A stretch of 34,046 bases of DNA from a virus (taxonomy: Duplodnaviria > Caudoviricetes), in IMG/VR virus record IMGVR_UViG_3300010398_000330, positions 1 through 34,046 of that record. One strand, 5' to 3'. Positions within the stretch are counted from its first letter, which is position 1. Every line of letters begins with the position of its first letter. Positions 23,996 to 32,711 of this stretch are shown here, in pieces. The notes beneath the pieces were generated by a model. It saw only the letters and a program-made list of their open reading frames with translations. It made no database searches and was not told the DNA's origin. The translations under genes and the position numbers were made by a program.

Positions 23996-26900
23996 TAGGT
24001 AGTCCCTCCGCCGAACGTCCGATCGACGCCCGGCGACCAAAGCCCGCCGCGAAGCCCGATCTCGAAAGCGAGCTCGTTCAGCCGCGCTCCCTCGAGCCAT
24101 GGATAGGAGATCGCTCCGGCCGGGTCCCGGCGCGCTTGCTCCTCCCATCGAACTTTGATCGACATGCAGCGCATGCGCCGCGGCATCAGTTTGATCTGGT
24201 AAACGCTCGTCGACACCAAGCCGAGCGAGCCAGCTCCGACGTTGCCGCCGTAGATGCCGCCGACGCCCGAGACATACCCCCCATAAACGACGTCGTCGCC
24301 GTAGTGCTCGCCATTTATCACCGCCGAGACATCGACGAAAATCGAATCGCTCCATGCCAGCTCGTAATTGTAGGCGATGCGGACAAGCGCCGAGTGATTT
24401 CCCATCCATTCGCCCAGGAGCTGGATCTTGCGCACTCTCTGGTGATTCTGGTTTTCGCCGACGTGGAGCCATGCCGTCTCGAGGGCCCATCCGTAAGACG
24501 CGCCGTCGTCGAGGTAGGCGCCGATGGTCTCGGCGCGCGCCCCGCCGGTCGCATCCGGCAGATATGTATGCCGGTTTTGCCACAAGACGGCATGCAAGCC
24601 GCCGACGGTGAACACCGACCACTGCCGAGCAAGATAGTCAAAAAGCAGCGTATGCCCGTCGGCAAGAGTGAACCGGGCTTCGTGCCGATCGGGGATCGCG
24701 ACCGCGGCGGTCACCGCGACCGAGTTATAGCCCTCGACATCCGCACCGATGTAGATTATCGACAGGTCGCCGCCGAGAAGATACAGACCCTTTAGGCTCT
24801 TGAAGATCAGGCCGTTCGGCGTCCGCACGATCGCATTGGGAGCAACGCAGCCGATATCTTGGGAAATGATGCGCGGCTGCATGAACGACCCGTTCTGACC
24901 CACGTTGTCGGGGCCGTCGCCGCCGATGATATAGATCGCCTTCAAGCGAAAGGCGAGGACCGAATCGCCGAGGGTCGCCAGCGCGGTGACCGGGCCATCG
25001 CCTTCCGGTAGCCGGATCTGCAGCGCGGGATTCCAGTTTAGCGCTTCGCCGAATCCGCGCAGCTTCGACGCGACGATGAGGTTCACGTCTTCGCACCCTG
25101 AGAGAAACGCTCGCGTGTTGCCCATGCATAGCACGTTGCCCGGCGGCGGTGCGATGTTCGAGAGCTCGGGGGGCGAGCTCGAGCGATAATCGATCGCGGC
25201 AGTCGACGCGGTGGTATCAGAAACGCCATCGCTTACGGTTATTGTGTCGACCGTGGGATCGTTAAATGCCGTCGCCACCCGATGAAAGATCGTCCCATCG
25301 GCGAGCGTCCGATAGACGGCCAAGGTCACGTTGGTTTTGTTGGTGCGCCGCAAAGATGGCCAAATGATCTGGATCGTGTCGTTACCGCCGGGCAAGGCGA
25401 CCACCACATCGGCGCCGCACGTCGACTGATACCGCTCGCCCGCGTTCGAGTACCATTCGTAATACGCGCGGTATGAATAGGAGTGCCCGCCGACGAGGCC
25501 TCCGCCGCTCGCCGAAGTCGACACCAAGCCGGCCGGGTTATCGATCTCCGGGAATTCGAGAAAGCCGGCTTCGGTGACCGACGTCCCATCAATCATCCAA
25601 AGGCTAGAGCCGACGAAATACGTCGAATCTCCCGCCTCACCAAAGCAAGGCGTAACCCCCGAAGAATCGATCCCGATCATGCCGCTATAGGCGAAAAAGG
25701 CGGCATTCGCCAGCATGGGGGTTATCCATGCGACCGTGTCGACCACATCGACGCGGCAAGGCTTGACCCGATCCAATGCAGCGACGCCGATGGCTTCGGC
25801 CGGATAATAGGCGCCTAGCGTGCACGGCAACGGGAAGGTAATCGTATTCGACACCAGATGAAAGATCGTCTTTTGCAGAGCGACCTTCTCGGCGTCTTTG
25901 TAGACCAGGATATGCACGTACCCATTTGCCGACCATGGCTTGGACGCGATCATGTCGCCCCGCGCCCATGCCGCGTATTGCGTCTTGCTGCCGCCAGTCG
26001 TGAGCGAAGCCCAGTCGATCCACGACCCGCCCAAGACATAGTGATCGGAGAAAATCTCGGCGATGGTCGGATCGCGGAAAACGCAAGCGACATTTTCGAA
26101 AGCCGGATTTCCCGTCGGCGTCGCCAAGGAAGTTTGGACAAAAAGGCCCGTGAACACCGAATTGAACATCTGCCCGTCGGTCCGGTTGGTGCCGGTCATC
26201 GACCAGACCACCATCACGTTACCCGTCGACGGCTCGGCCGCGCACGCGACGCAAGCCGGCGCGAAAGCCGTGGTGATTGTGATGCCGCCCGGGTCGACGG
26301 TTCCATCAGACTTGAAGTAGAAAAGCTTTACGCTGGTCGCCGCGGATGAGTTATACGCGACGAGGATGCGATCCTTAAACGGCGAACCATCGACGTCGTA
26401 GGTAATCGCATCCATCGTGTTGACGTCGGTCACAATATTGACGACGTTGACAGCAGTCAGCGGACGCCCCGCGTGAAACGTGTTGGTGTCATAGATTATC
26501 GCCGACAACTTGCCGAAGGTACTATCGAGATAAAACAAAACGATATATTGATCGATCACCGCGGCGCGCGGGATTCTCCCCGCTACCGTCGATCGGCCGA
26601 GCTCGGTCCCATTGACATCGGTAAAAATTTGCGTAATCTGTGCATTGACACCCGCGAGACGGTTGTCGAACGCGAGAAGGGTGATCCCGTTGGTCGTCGC
26701 CCGCTCAGGGTTTTCCGCGTATGCCGTCGTTCCGGCGCTCTGCGACGGAAAGACCCGATTACCATAGGTCACCCGAGCATCCGGGATTTGCGCCTCACGT
26801 TGCCATCTTTGCCGATCGGGCGAGTACGAATGCACATCCACCGCGCCCCGCATCCACAGCGAATCCTGCCGGGTCATGAGAAAATGCGCATTGGTGATCG

Positions 26901-27126
26901 GCTGGTCGTAATAATACCAATTGGAGACATCGAGCGCGAGATTGGCAAGCATCTTATAGCCGTACCGCTTGCGCAAGGATCCCGGCGTGACAAAGACGGC
27001 GTTTTCAAGGAGCCCGAGCTTCGGCGCAGCGACGATCTTGCGGTCGGTGCGCGTATCAACCCCGCCGACGAACGGGATCGGCACCTTTGCCCACTGAAAG
27101 GGCTCTTGCAGCCTTTGGCCTGGCAT
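23995..27126 (-). CDS. Tail nozzle / stabilization protein (P22 gp10 / T7 gp12 role), 1043 aa
   Basis: GGVDT..LENA..GSLRKRYG N-terminus; DIGCVAPNAIV, FDYLARQWS beta-propeller-type motifs; follows the adaptor. Confidence 0.75.
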   Translation of the reverse strand: MPGQRLQEPFQWAKVPIPFVGGVDTRTDRKIVAAPKLGLLENAVFVTPGSLRKRYGYKMLANLALDVSNWYYYDQPITNAHFLMTRQDSLWMRGAVDVHSYSPDRQRWQREAQIPDARVTYGNRVFPSQSAGTTAYAENPERATTNGITLLAFDNRLAGVNAQITQIFTDVNGTELGRSTVAGRIPRAAVIDQYIVLFYLDSTFGKLSAIIYDTNTFHAGRPLTAVNVVNIVTDVNTMDAITYDVDGSPFKDRILVAYNSSAATSVKLFYFKSDGTVDPGGITITTAFAPACVACAAEPSTGNVMVVWSMTGTNRTDGQMFNSVFTGLFVQTSLATPTGNPAFENVACVFRDPTIAEIFSDHYVLGGSWIDWASLTTGGSKTQYAAWARGDMIASKPWSANGYVHILVYKDAEKVALQKTIFHLVSNTITFPLPCTLGAYYPAEAIGVAALDRVKPCRVDVVDTVAWITPMLANAAFFAYSGMIGIDSSGVTPCFGEAGDSTYFVGSSLWMIDGTSVTEAGFLEFPEIDNPAGLVSTSASGGGLVGGHSYSYRAYYEWYSNAGERYQSTCGADVVVALPGGNDTIQIIWPSLRRTNKTNVTLAVYRTLADGTIFHRVATAFNDPTVDTITVSDGVSDTTASTAAIDYRSSSPPELSNIAPPPGNVLCMGNTRAFLSGCEDVNLIVASKLRGFGEALNWNPALQIRLPEGDGPVTALATLGDSVLAFRLKAIYIIGGDGPDNVGQNGSFMQPRIISQDIGCVAPNAIVRTPNGLIFKSLKGLYLLGGDLSIIYIGADVEGYNSVAVTAAVAIPDRHEARFTLADGHTLLFDYLARQWSVFTVGGLHAVLWQNRHTYLPDATGGARAETIGAYLDDGASYGWALETAWLHVGENQNHQRVRKIQLLGEWMGNHSALVRIAYNYELAWSDSIFVDVSAVINGEHYGDDVVYGGYVSGVGGIYGGNVGAGSLGLVSTSVYQIKLMPRRMRCMSIKVRWEEQARRDPAGAISYPWLEGARLNELAFEIGLRGGLWSPGVDRTFGGGTT

Positions 27127-27533
27127 TAGAGCTGACCGAGGGTGTACCAGCCGCTACCCGAGATAAAATACAAGATGCAGCCCTTGTCTTGCGTCAGGGT
27201 CAGATCGGCGGCGACGTTGTTTATCGTCTGTCCGTTCCTGGCGATGGTCAGGTTGAAGGCGGCATTGTGATTGCCGAATTCGATCCGCTGACCCTGCACC
27301 GGGGAAAGTGGCAAGGTAAAGGTCAAGGCGCCGCTGCCCCCCGAAGCAATCAGCCGCGTGTCCGTCGTCGTCACCTGATAGTTAACCGACTTCTTGACCG
27401 TCGTCGGATCCGGCGCCGTCTCCAGTCCTGTGACCAAGGTTTGGAGCTCGAGGATCGCCGTATTGACCATGCTGGCCCAGGTCGGGCCAATGGTCACGCC
27501 GACGGTGGGCAGCGGTGCGGTTGGGACGGGCAT
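27126..27533 (-). CDS. Short tail-fibre/spike-type protein
   Basis: TFTLPLSPVQGQ..LTIARNGQTIN..DLTL..GW beta-repeat of the type seen in phage fibres. Confidence 0.65.
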   Translation of the reverse strand: MPVPTAPLPTVGVTIGPTWASMVNTAILELQTLVTGLETAPDPTTVKKSVNYQVTTTDTRLIASGGSGALTFTLPLSPVQGQRIEFGNHNAAFNLTIARNGQTINNVAADLTLTQDKGCILYFISGSGWYTLGQL

Positions 27534-27535
27534 CG

Positions 27536-28261
27536 TTACACGTAGACCTCAGCACTATACATGCGCAGGGTTTGACCGGCGTTCGGAGGCATATCGACGT
27601 CGAGGTAATGGCTCCCTGCCGCTCCGCCGATCGTCTGACTGGTGAAAGTCAGGGTCAGCGTCTGATCCGTGCCGGCGAGTGCGCTGGTCGTCGACGCGAT
27701 GCTTGTGATCACACCGGCGGTTGTGCGGACGATGACTTGCACCGTGATCACGATGGCCGCATCGCCGTGAACATAGAAGACGACTTTCGAGAATGTCTGG
27801 CCGACCGGCAGCGGGATCCCTCCCATAAGCCGCCGGCTAATTGAGCTCCCGGCGGCCGCACCGTTCACCCACCCGACGACGAAACTGAAAACCAGACCGT
27901 TGGCGTTGCGCCAGTCCATGCAGTTGAATGCGGCGCCGTCCATGTCCAGAAGCTTGGCGCCAGCCGTCGTGACCACGATCGGCGCTACGGCCGTCGTCGC
28001 GCCGGTCAGTGACGCGCCGGAGATCGTCGGACTGGTTAGCGTGCCGCCGGTTATCGTCGGCGAGGTAATCGTCGGCGTGGCGATTGTCGGGCTCGATAGC
28101 GTCGCATGCGTCAGGGTAACGCCGTCGATGGTCGTCGCTTCCAGCGCTTCCTTGACCTCGCGATCCCAGGCGCGCCGCTGATCCCAATACGTAGCGGTCG
28201 GACTACCCTTGAGAACCTCCGCCTGCGCCGTGCGCATGGTTTGCCCAATGCGGCCGGTCAT
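27536..28261 (-). CDS. Tail fibre/needle-like protein with TxTSPTI repeats
   Basis: TLSSPTIATPTITSPTITGGTLTSPTISG; ATGA overlap sets the start at 28261. Confidence 0.65.
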   Translation of the reverse strand: MTGRIGQTMRTAQAEVLKGSPTATYWDQRRAWDREVKEALEATTIDGVTLTHATLSSPTIATPTITSPTITGGTLTSPTISGASLTGATTAVAPIVVTTAGAKLLDMDGAAFNCMDWRNANGLVFSFVVGWVNGAAAGSSISRRLMGGIPLPVGQTFSKVVFYVHGDAAIVITVQVIVRTTAGVITSIASTTSALAGTDQTLTLTFTSQTIGGAAGSHYLDVDMPPNAGQTLRMYSAEVYV

Positions 28262-28983
28262 CGCCAAGGCCACCAATCGGCCGGGTCCCATGCCCCGAAC
28301 TGGCCGTAGTAATCGCCATCGCCGTACCAGCCGGCGCGGCGGTGCCGCATGGTCAAGACGATCCGCTTCGCCCGATTGAGCGACCGCATTTGAACTTCGG
28401 CGTCGATCCGCTCGTCGAGCTCCTTGCGTTCGAGCCGCAAATCCGTCGTCTCGCCTTCCCATTTCATGACGGCACGGATCGCGGCGTCGAGGACGACGGC
28501 TTCCTCCCAACCACAAACCCCGTCGAGCACATCGGTGTCATTGATGAGATCGGCCGGCGGCGCGATGTAGATGTGCCGATAGGTGCCGCCGACCATCGGC
28601 GCGGGATAGAGGATCAGATTGCCGCCGGCCAGGCGGTAACAAAGCGAATACCCACCATAGGTACCAAGCTGTATCGTGTGGATCTCGCGGATATCGATCT
28701 CCCAAAGCGGATGCCAAAGCGATCCCTGGAAGTAATCGACCCGCTGCGTCGAAAAATGATCGCTCGGCAGCGTATAGGTATCGACCCCGGCAAGCGCGGT
28801 TATCGTCTGCGTCGTCTCCGGCGGGAAGCCGAGACCCGGCGCCACGAGCTTCGCGTAATAGCGCGCGTACGACGACGAGATGCGCTTATTGAGCTCGAGA
28901 TCGGATAAAGCGCGCATTTGCTCGGCGTCGACGAGCTCGCGAACCCGATCGCGAATCTGCGCTAGGGTATAGGTCCGGGCCAT
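28258..28983 (-). CDS. Head-to-tail adaptor protein
   Basis: TLAQIRDRVRELVD, YTLPSD, LILYPAP, WEEAVVLDAA; position between the capsid and nozzle genes. Confidence 0.75.
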   Translation of the reverse strand: MARTYTLAQIRDRVRELVDAEQMRALSDLELNKRISSSYARYYAKLVAPGLGFPPETTQTITALAGVDTYTLPSDHFSTQRVDYFQGSLWHPLWEIDIREIHTIQLGTYGGYSLCYRLAGGNLILYPAPMVGGTYRHIYIAPPADLINDTDVLDGVCGWEEAVVLDAAIRAVMKWEGETTDLRLERKELDERIDAEVQMRSLNRAKRIVLTMRHRRAGWYGDGDYYGQFGAWDPADWWPWR

Positions 28984-29277
28984 CTAGCTCTCACCCGTTC
29001 CCTCGGCTTCCTCGGCGCGGTTGCATAAGTCGTGCATGGTCTTGAAGGCTTCGATCGCCTTGTCGGGGTCATGAACGGTCACGCCGAGAGCCGCGGCGAA
29101 GTCGGTAAGGGCGACTTTCAAATCGTCGTCGTATTGACCATTGCCCTCGTCGCCCTCGTCGCCGTCGTCGCCCTTGTCCGCCGGCTCTTCGTCGGGCGAG
29201 CCGACCGGCGGCGCGCCAACATCAGGAGCTTTGGGCTTGCCTAGCACCATGAGTAACGCTTTCTTCGGGTCGGCCAT
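28984..29277 (-). CDS. Small acidic hypothetical protein (97 aa)
   Basis: Abuts the adaptor gene; D/E-rich linker. Confidence 0.75.
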   Translation of the reverse strand: MADPKKALLMVLGKPKAPDVGAPPVGSPDEEPADKGDDGDEGDEGNGQYDDDLKVALTDFAAALGVTVHDPDKAIEAFKTMHDLCNRAEEAEGTGES

Positions 29278-29286
29278 CGTTGCCCC

Positions 29287-29673
29287 CTAGTAGCTAGTTT
29301 TGCGGAAGAGGAAGCCAAACGAGACGACGTTGGCGGCATTCGCGGCAATGTCGGTCGGAACCGCGAGAGCCAAGATGTTGAGCACGATGCTAGCCCGGGT
29401 AGCCGTCGACGGGTCGGGGGCGGTATACGCGCCCCATTGCGGCTTGAGGTCGGTGGGCGTCGACATAGCGATATCGGCCCATTTCCCGATTAGGCTCGGG
29501 TAACCTTCCATGAAGGTGATCGTGTAGATGCCGACGTTGGTGCGAACCAGGGTGAACCACTCTTGCGTTTGGATGATCACCGTCGGATTGCTGCTGCCGT
29601 TCGGGCGAAAGGACCCGCACACCAAAACCAGATCGTGCCCGACGGCCAGAATCGGGTTGGCGATCTTGCTCAC
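29287..29673 (-). CDS. Putative capsid decoration protein, paralog C (128 aa)
   Basis: GTG start by GTGA overlap; clearly paralogous to 29670-30068. Confidence 0.75.
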   Translation of the reverse strand: MSKIANPILAVGHDLVLVCGSFRPNGSSNPTVIIQTQEWFTLVRTNVGIYTITFMEGYPSLIGKWADIAMSTPTDLKPQWGAYTAPDPSTATRASIVLNILALAVPTDIAANAANVVSFGFLFRKTSY

Positions 29674-30068
29674 GTCTGCACCGACGTCCGGCGGAAGATG
29701 AAACCGAAGCTCACCCGGTTCGCGGCATTGGCCGCGATGTCCGTCGGCGTGGCGACGGCTAGGATATTGAGCACAATTTGGGCGTTGACGAACGGTGCCC
29801 AGGTCGCGGCGGTATACGCGCCCCATTGCGGCTTGAGATCCAGGACACCCGTCAGCGCGATATCGGCCCACTTGGACACGAGTTGCGCGTAACTCTCGAC
29901 GAATTTGATGAGGAAGGCGCCGGCGCCGGTCCGGGTGATCGAGAAGAATTCCTGACTGTTGGTAAAGCCGGTGGTTACCGGTTGGCTGCCGCCGTTCGGC
30001 AGAAACGAGCCGGCAAGGATGATGAGATCGTTGCCAGCGACGGCGAGCGGTTGAAGGATCTTGGACAT
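29670..30068 (-). CDS. Putative capsid decoration protein, paralog B (132 aa)
   Basis: GGAGG RBS right after the capsid stop; beta-rich. Confidence 0.75.
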   Translation of the reverse strand: MSKILQPLAVAGNDLIILAGSFLPNGGSQPVTTGFTNSQEFFSITRTGAGAFLIKFVESYAQLVSKWADIALTGVLDLKPQWGAYTAATWAPFVNAQIVLNILAVATPTDIAANAANRVSFGFIFRRTSVQT

Positions 30069-30077
30069 AGGATCCTC

Positions 30078-31313
30078 CTAGGCGTTGAGCGCGAAGATGC
30101 CGTTACGGTGCGGATTGGTGCATAGCAAATCGCCCCAATACCGGGCGCGGACTTCGATCGTGTCGCTGGTCGCACCGCGCAGCGAATCGCGACCATCCTC
30201 GGCGACGAGGTGCGGGACTTCGCGCAAGGAGTGAAACTGCCAAGTGTCCTCGTCGAGGAGCCAACCCACGCCGCCGGGGCAGTCGGGATCGACGACGATC
30301 TCGGCAATGCCCGACGACAGGGCGACGACCACGCCGGTACCGCCGATCATGAATCGGCCCTGAGAATCCTGCGTCCCGGTGCGCTGGTAGATGATCTTCG
30401 ACGAAAGGTACTTAAGAAGCGTTCCGTAGTTGGCCGGGTTAATCAGCACGATCTGGTTCGGCCCCGGCGAGCCGATGGCGACGTACTCGCCTAGGGTAAT
30501 GAGATTCTCGCCCGGATCGCCGTTGGGATTGTTCACGCGCCAGCCCGCAAGCCGCTCGGGGTCGGCGGTGCGATCGACGCCCTGCCAAGTCGTGGCCGAC
30601 GGTGCCGCAAGCGGGACCCACCCGGAGAGCCCGCTGATTTTCGCCGCTTCATCGCCCTGCTGAATAAAGTAATCGCCGGGAATGGCGCCGGCGACGGTAG
30701 CCACAATGCCCGCGGTAAACGTCACGGTGCCGGCGGCGTACGAGACAGAAAGCACCGTCAGGGGCGAGCCGGCGCGCGCCGCCGCCGTCGAATCATTGGC
30801 GGCGCTGACGTCGATCTTTTGGCCCTTGTAAAAGTTGCGCGTGTCGTGCGGATAGGTGAGCGTCGCGGTCGCCGACGAGATGCCGCCGACCGCGATCTGC
30901 CCGATGCCGCCGCCGCTCGACCCGTAAAGACCGACGGAGAAGGAGCGGCCAATCTCGGCGAGATGCATATCGGCGAGGTTCTTTTGCGCCGCGGCAAACG
31001 CCCCGCGATCTTTCTCTGACGCGTGCAGCGTCTCGAGATCGATCTGCCAAACGACGTAATCGCGCTTGCGCCGAAGCTGCCAACCGGCATAGAGCGGCGC
31101 CGATGCGTTTGACTGCGCGGTGGCAAAGACGGCCGACCGGCCCGCGCCGTTGGCGTATGGCAAGGGCCACTTGATCGAATCGCCGTAGAAGTCGTTAACC
31201 TTGTTAACCCGTTTGGCAAAGACGGTGTCATGGAGGGCTGCATTTTGTACCTCACCGTCGGGGTACAAAATCTTAAGCATATTTGCATATTCGGTCAGGC
31301 CTACGGACGCCAT
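30078..31313 (-). CDS. Major capsid protein (HK97-fold inferred)
   Basis: 411 aa, after the scaffold; LKILYP N-terminus, IVVDPDCP and YWGDLLCTNPHRNG C-terminal pattern; GGAGG RBS. Confidence 0.85.
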   Translation of the reverse strand: MASVGLTEYANMLKILYPDGEVQNAALHDTVFAKRVNKVNDFYGDSIKWPLPYANGAGRSAVFATAQSNASAPLYAGWQLRRKRDYVVWQIDLETLHASEKDRGAFAAAQKNLADMHLAEIGRSFSVGLYGSSGGGIGQIAVGGISSATATLTYPHDTRNFYKGQKIDVSAANDSTAAARAGSPLTVLSVSYAAGTVTFTAGIVATVAGAIPGDYFIQQGDEAAKISGLSGWVPLAAPSATTWQGVDRTADPERLAGWRVNNPNGDPGENLITLGEYVAIGSPGPNQIVLINPANYGTLLKYLSSKIIYQRTGTQDSQGRFMIGGTGVVVALSSGIAEIVVDPDCPGGVGWLLDEDTWQFHSLREVPHLVAEDGRDSLRGATSDTIEVRARYWGDLLCTNPHRNGIFALNA

Positions 31314-31314
31314 T

Positions 31315-31335
31315 GCGGAACCTCCCTAATTCCGC
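31315..31335 (-). promoter_or_regulatory. Hairpin enclosing the capsid RBS
   Basis: mRNA GCGGAAUU-AGGGA-GGUUCCGC-A-AUG. Confidence 0.55.
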
Positions 31336-31359
31336 GACCCATTGAGATTGTCTAAACGC

Positions 31360-31695
31360 TTAATCGCTGCGCAGCAGCAAATGAAACAGAATGCGATTCT
31401 GTGGGTCCGGCGCGATGTCTTGCGGGATCGTCGCCGACATGTTGTAAATCAATAAGCTTGCGGTCACTCCGTCGCTGGCCGGGGTAAAGTCGCCGATCAC
31501 GGCCTTGACGTTTACCGGTGTGTGCAGCTGGATTTGCGCCGAGCCGCCGCAGAGCTCGACGAACGGCTCAAAGAATTTGAGCAAGTAGGTTCCGGCACTC
31601 GTACGCATGACGCTAAAGGCCTGGCCGTTATAGGTCGCGAGCGGGGGATTGGCGCTTTGCGGCGCAAACGAGCCGATGAGATCGACGAGGCTCAT
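31360..31695 (-). CDS. Putative capsid decoration protein, paralog A (111 aa)
   Basis: Shares GSFxP, FxxxRTxxGxY/FxxxFxE, PxDIA and NxxxF motifs with paralogs B and C; ATGA overlap with the scaffold. Confidence 0.7.
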   Translation of the reverse strand: MSLVDLIGSFAPQSANPPLATYNGQAFSVMRTSAGTYLLKFFEPFVELCGGSAQIQLHTPVNVKAVIGDFTPASDGVTASLLIYNMSATIPQDIAPDPQNRILFHLLLRSD

Positions 31696-32696
31696 GCTTG
31701 ACCATCGAGGGCACGCGCCGCGAGCGCAATGCGCTCCTCGAGCGACAGCTTGCCGGAGCGCGCCGGCGTCGCCGGCGTCAGGTCTTTGGAAAGCGACGGC
31801 GCCGCCGCTTGCGTCTTGCTAACCGCGGCCGCGGCGGGATTCGCGGGCGGCACGGCCGGCACCGGCTTGAACTTTTTCTCAAAGAAAAACTTAAATTGCT
31901 CGCTGGTGTCCTCGAGCTGTTTGTGAAGCTGTGGCTCGAGGATCTGCGCCAGTTGCCCGGCGGTTTGCGGGCCGAGCTCGGGGCGCTTTAGCGCGAGCTC
32001 GCCGGCGATATGTTCCATCTGCGCGACGACCATGCCCGGGTTTGTCGCGGCGAGAGCCTTGACGAGCGGCGTACTGTCGCCAAGCGACGAAAGCCCGGCC
32101 GATAGCTGGCCGCGGTACATCGAAAGGCGTTGCTCCATTTGCGTGCGCTGGAGCTCGGCCATCATCTTCTCTTGCTCGCGCCGGAGCCGCATGAGCTCGC
32201 GCTCGGCCTTGATCGGCGCCGCTTGCTCCGGCGGGAGCTTGTCGATCTGCGCATCTTCGATGTACAGATCCCGCGCTAGGTCGAAGAGCGAGCGCTTCGT
32301 GCCGTGCGCTTTGGCGAACGCGGCCGGGTCAGCCTCGAAGTCCTGGAAGGCTTTCTCCATGGCTTGGATGCGAGCCGTGTGTTCGGCTTGCTCCTGACGC
32401 CATTTGGAACGCTCGACGTCCAAAGCTTTGCGCGCGTCGGCCAGTTGGTTTTTCTGCCGAATCAAAGCCGACGCGGTGTCCTCGGCGGCGAGCGCTGCTT
32501 CTGTGGCCGGGGCGTTGGGGGTCGATGGGAGCGGCGGCGCTTGCTCGGGGGTCGCAGCCGATGCCGGCGCCGCCGCTCCCTCGACGGGCTGAAAGGACTT
32601 CGCGGCGGCGTCAATAAGGCTACTGACGACATGCGAACGGGTCGGCGTTGGCGTAGGGGTCGGCGTTGCGGCCGGAGCCGCTGCTTCATCTGCCAT
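31692..32696 (-). CDS. Capsid scaffolding protein (putative)
   Basis: Disordered Ala/Pro N-terminus, coiled coil, C-terminal LSLEERIALAA helix; between portal and capsid. Confidence 0.75.
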   Translation of the reverse strand: MADEAAAPAATPTPTPTPTRSHVVSSLIDAAAKSFQPVEGAAAPASAATPEQAPPLPSTPNAPATEAALAAEDTASALIRQKNQLADARKALDVERSKWRQEQAEHTARIQAMEKAFQDFEADPAAFAKAHGTKRSLFDLARDLYIEDAQIDKLPPEQAAPIKAERELMRLRREQEKMMAELQRTQMEQRLSMYRGQLSAGLSSLGDSTPLVKALAATNPGMVVAQMEHIAGELALKRPELGPQTAGQLAQILEPQLHKQLEDTSEQFKFFFEKKFKPVPAVPPANPAAAAVSKTQAAAPSLSKDLTPATPARSGKLSLEERIALAARALDGQA

Positions 32697-32711
32697 GATA
32701 GAAACTCCTCG

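Noticed and set aside
23996-24622. N-terminal extension of the 566-aa ORF 22922-24622
   Set aside because: It overlaps the nozzle gene out of frame; the TAATG overlap gives the real start at 23995
29287-30068. Diversity-generating retroelement TR/VR pair
   Set aside because: No reverse transcriptase in the window; both copies are full coding paralogs and their differences are not confined to adenines
31868-31898. Programmed frameshift in the AT-rich patch of the scaffold gene
   Set aside because: No full X-XXY-YYZ slippery heptamer recognised in frame; the patch is explained by F/K codons
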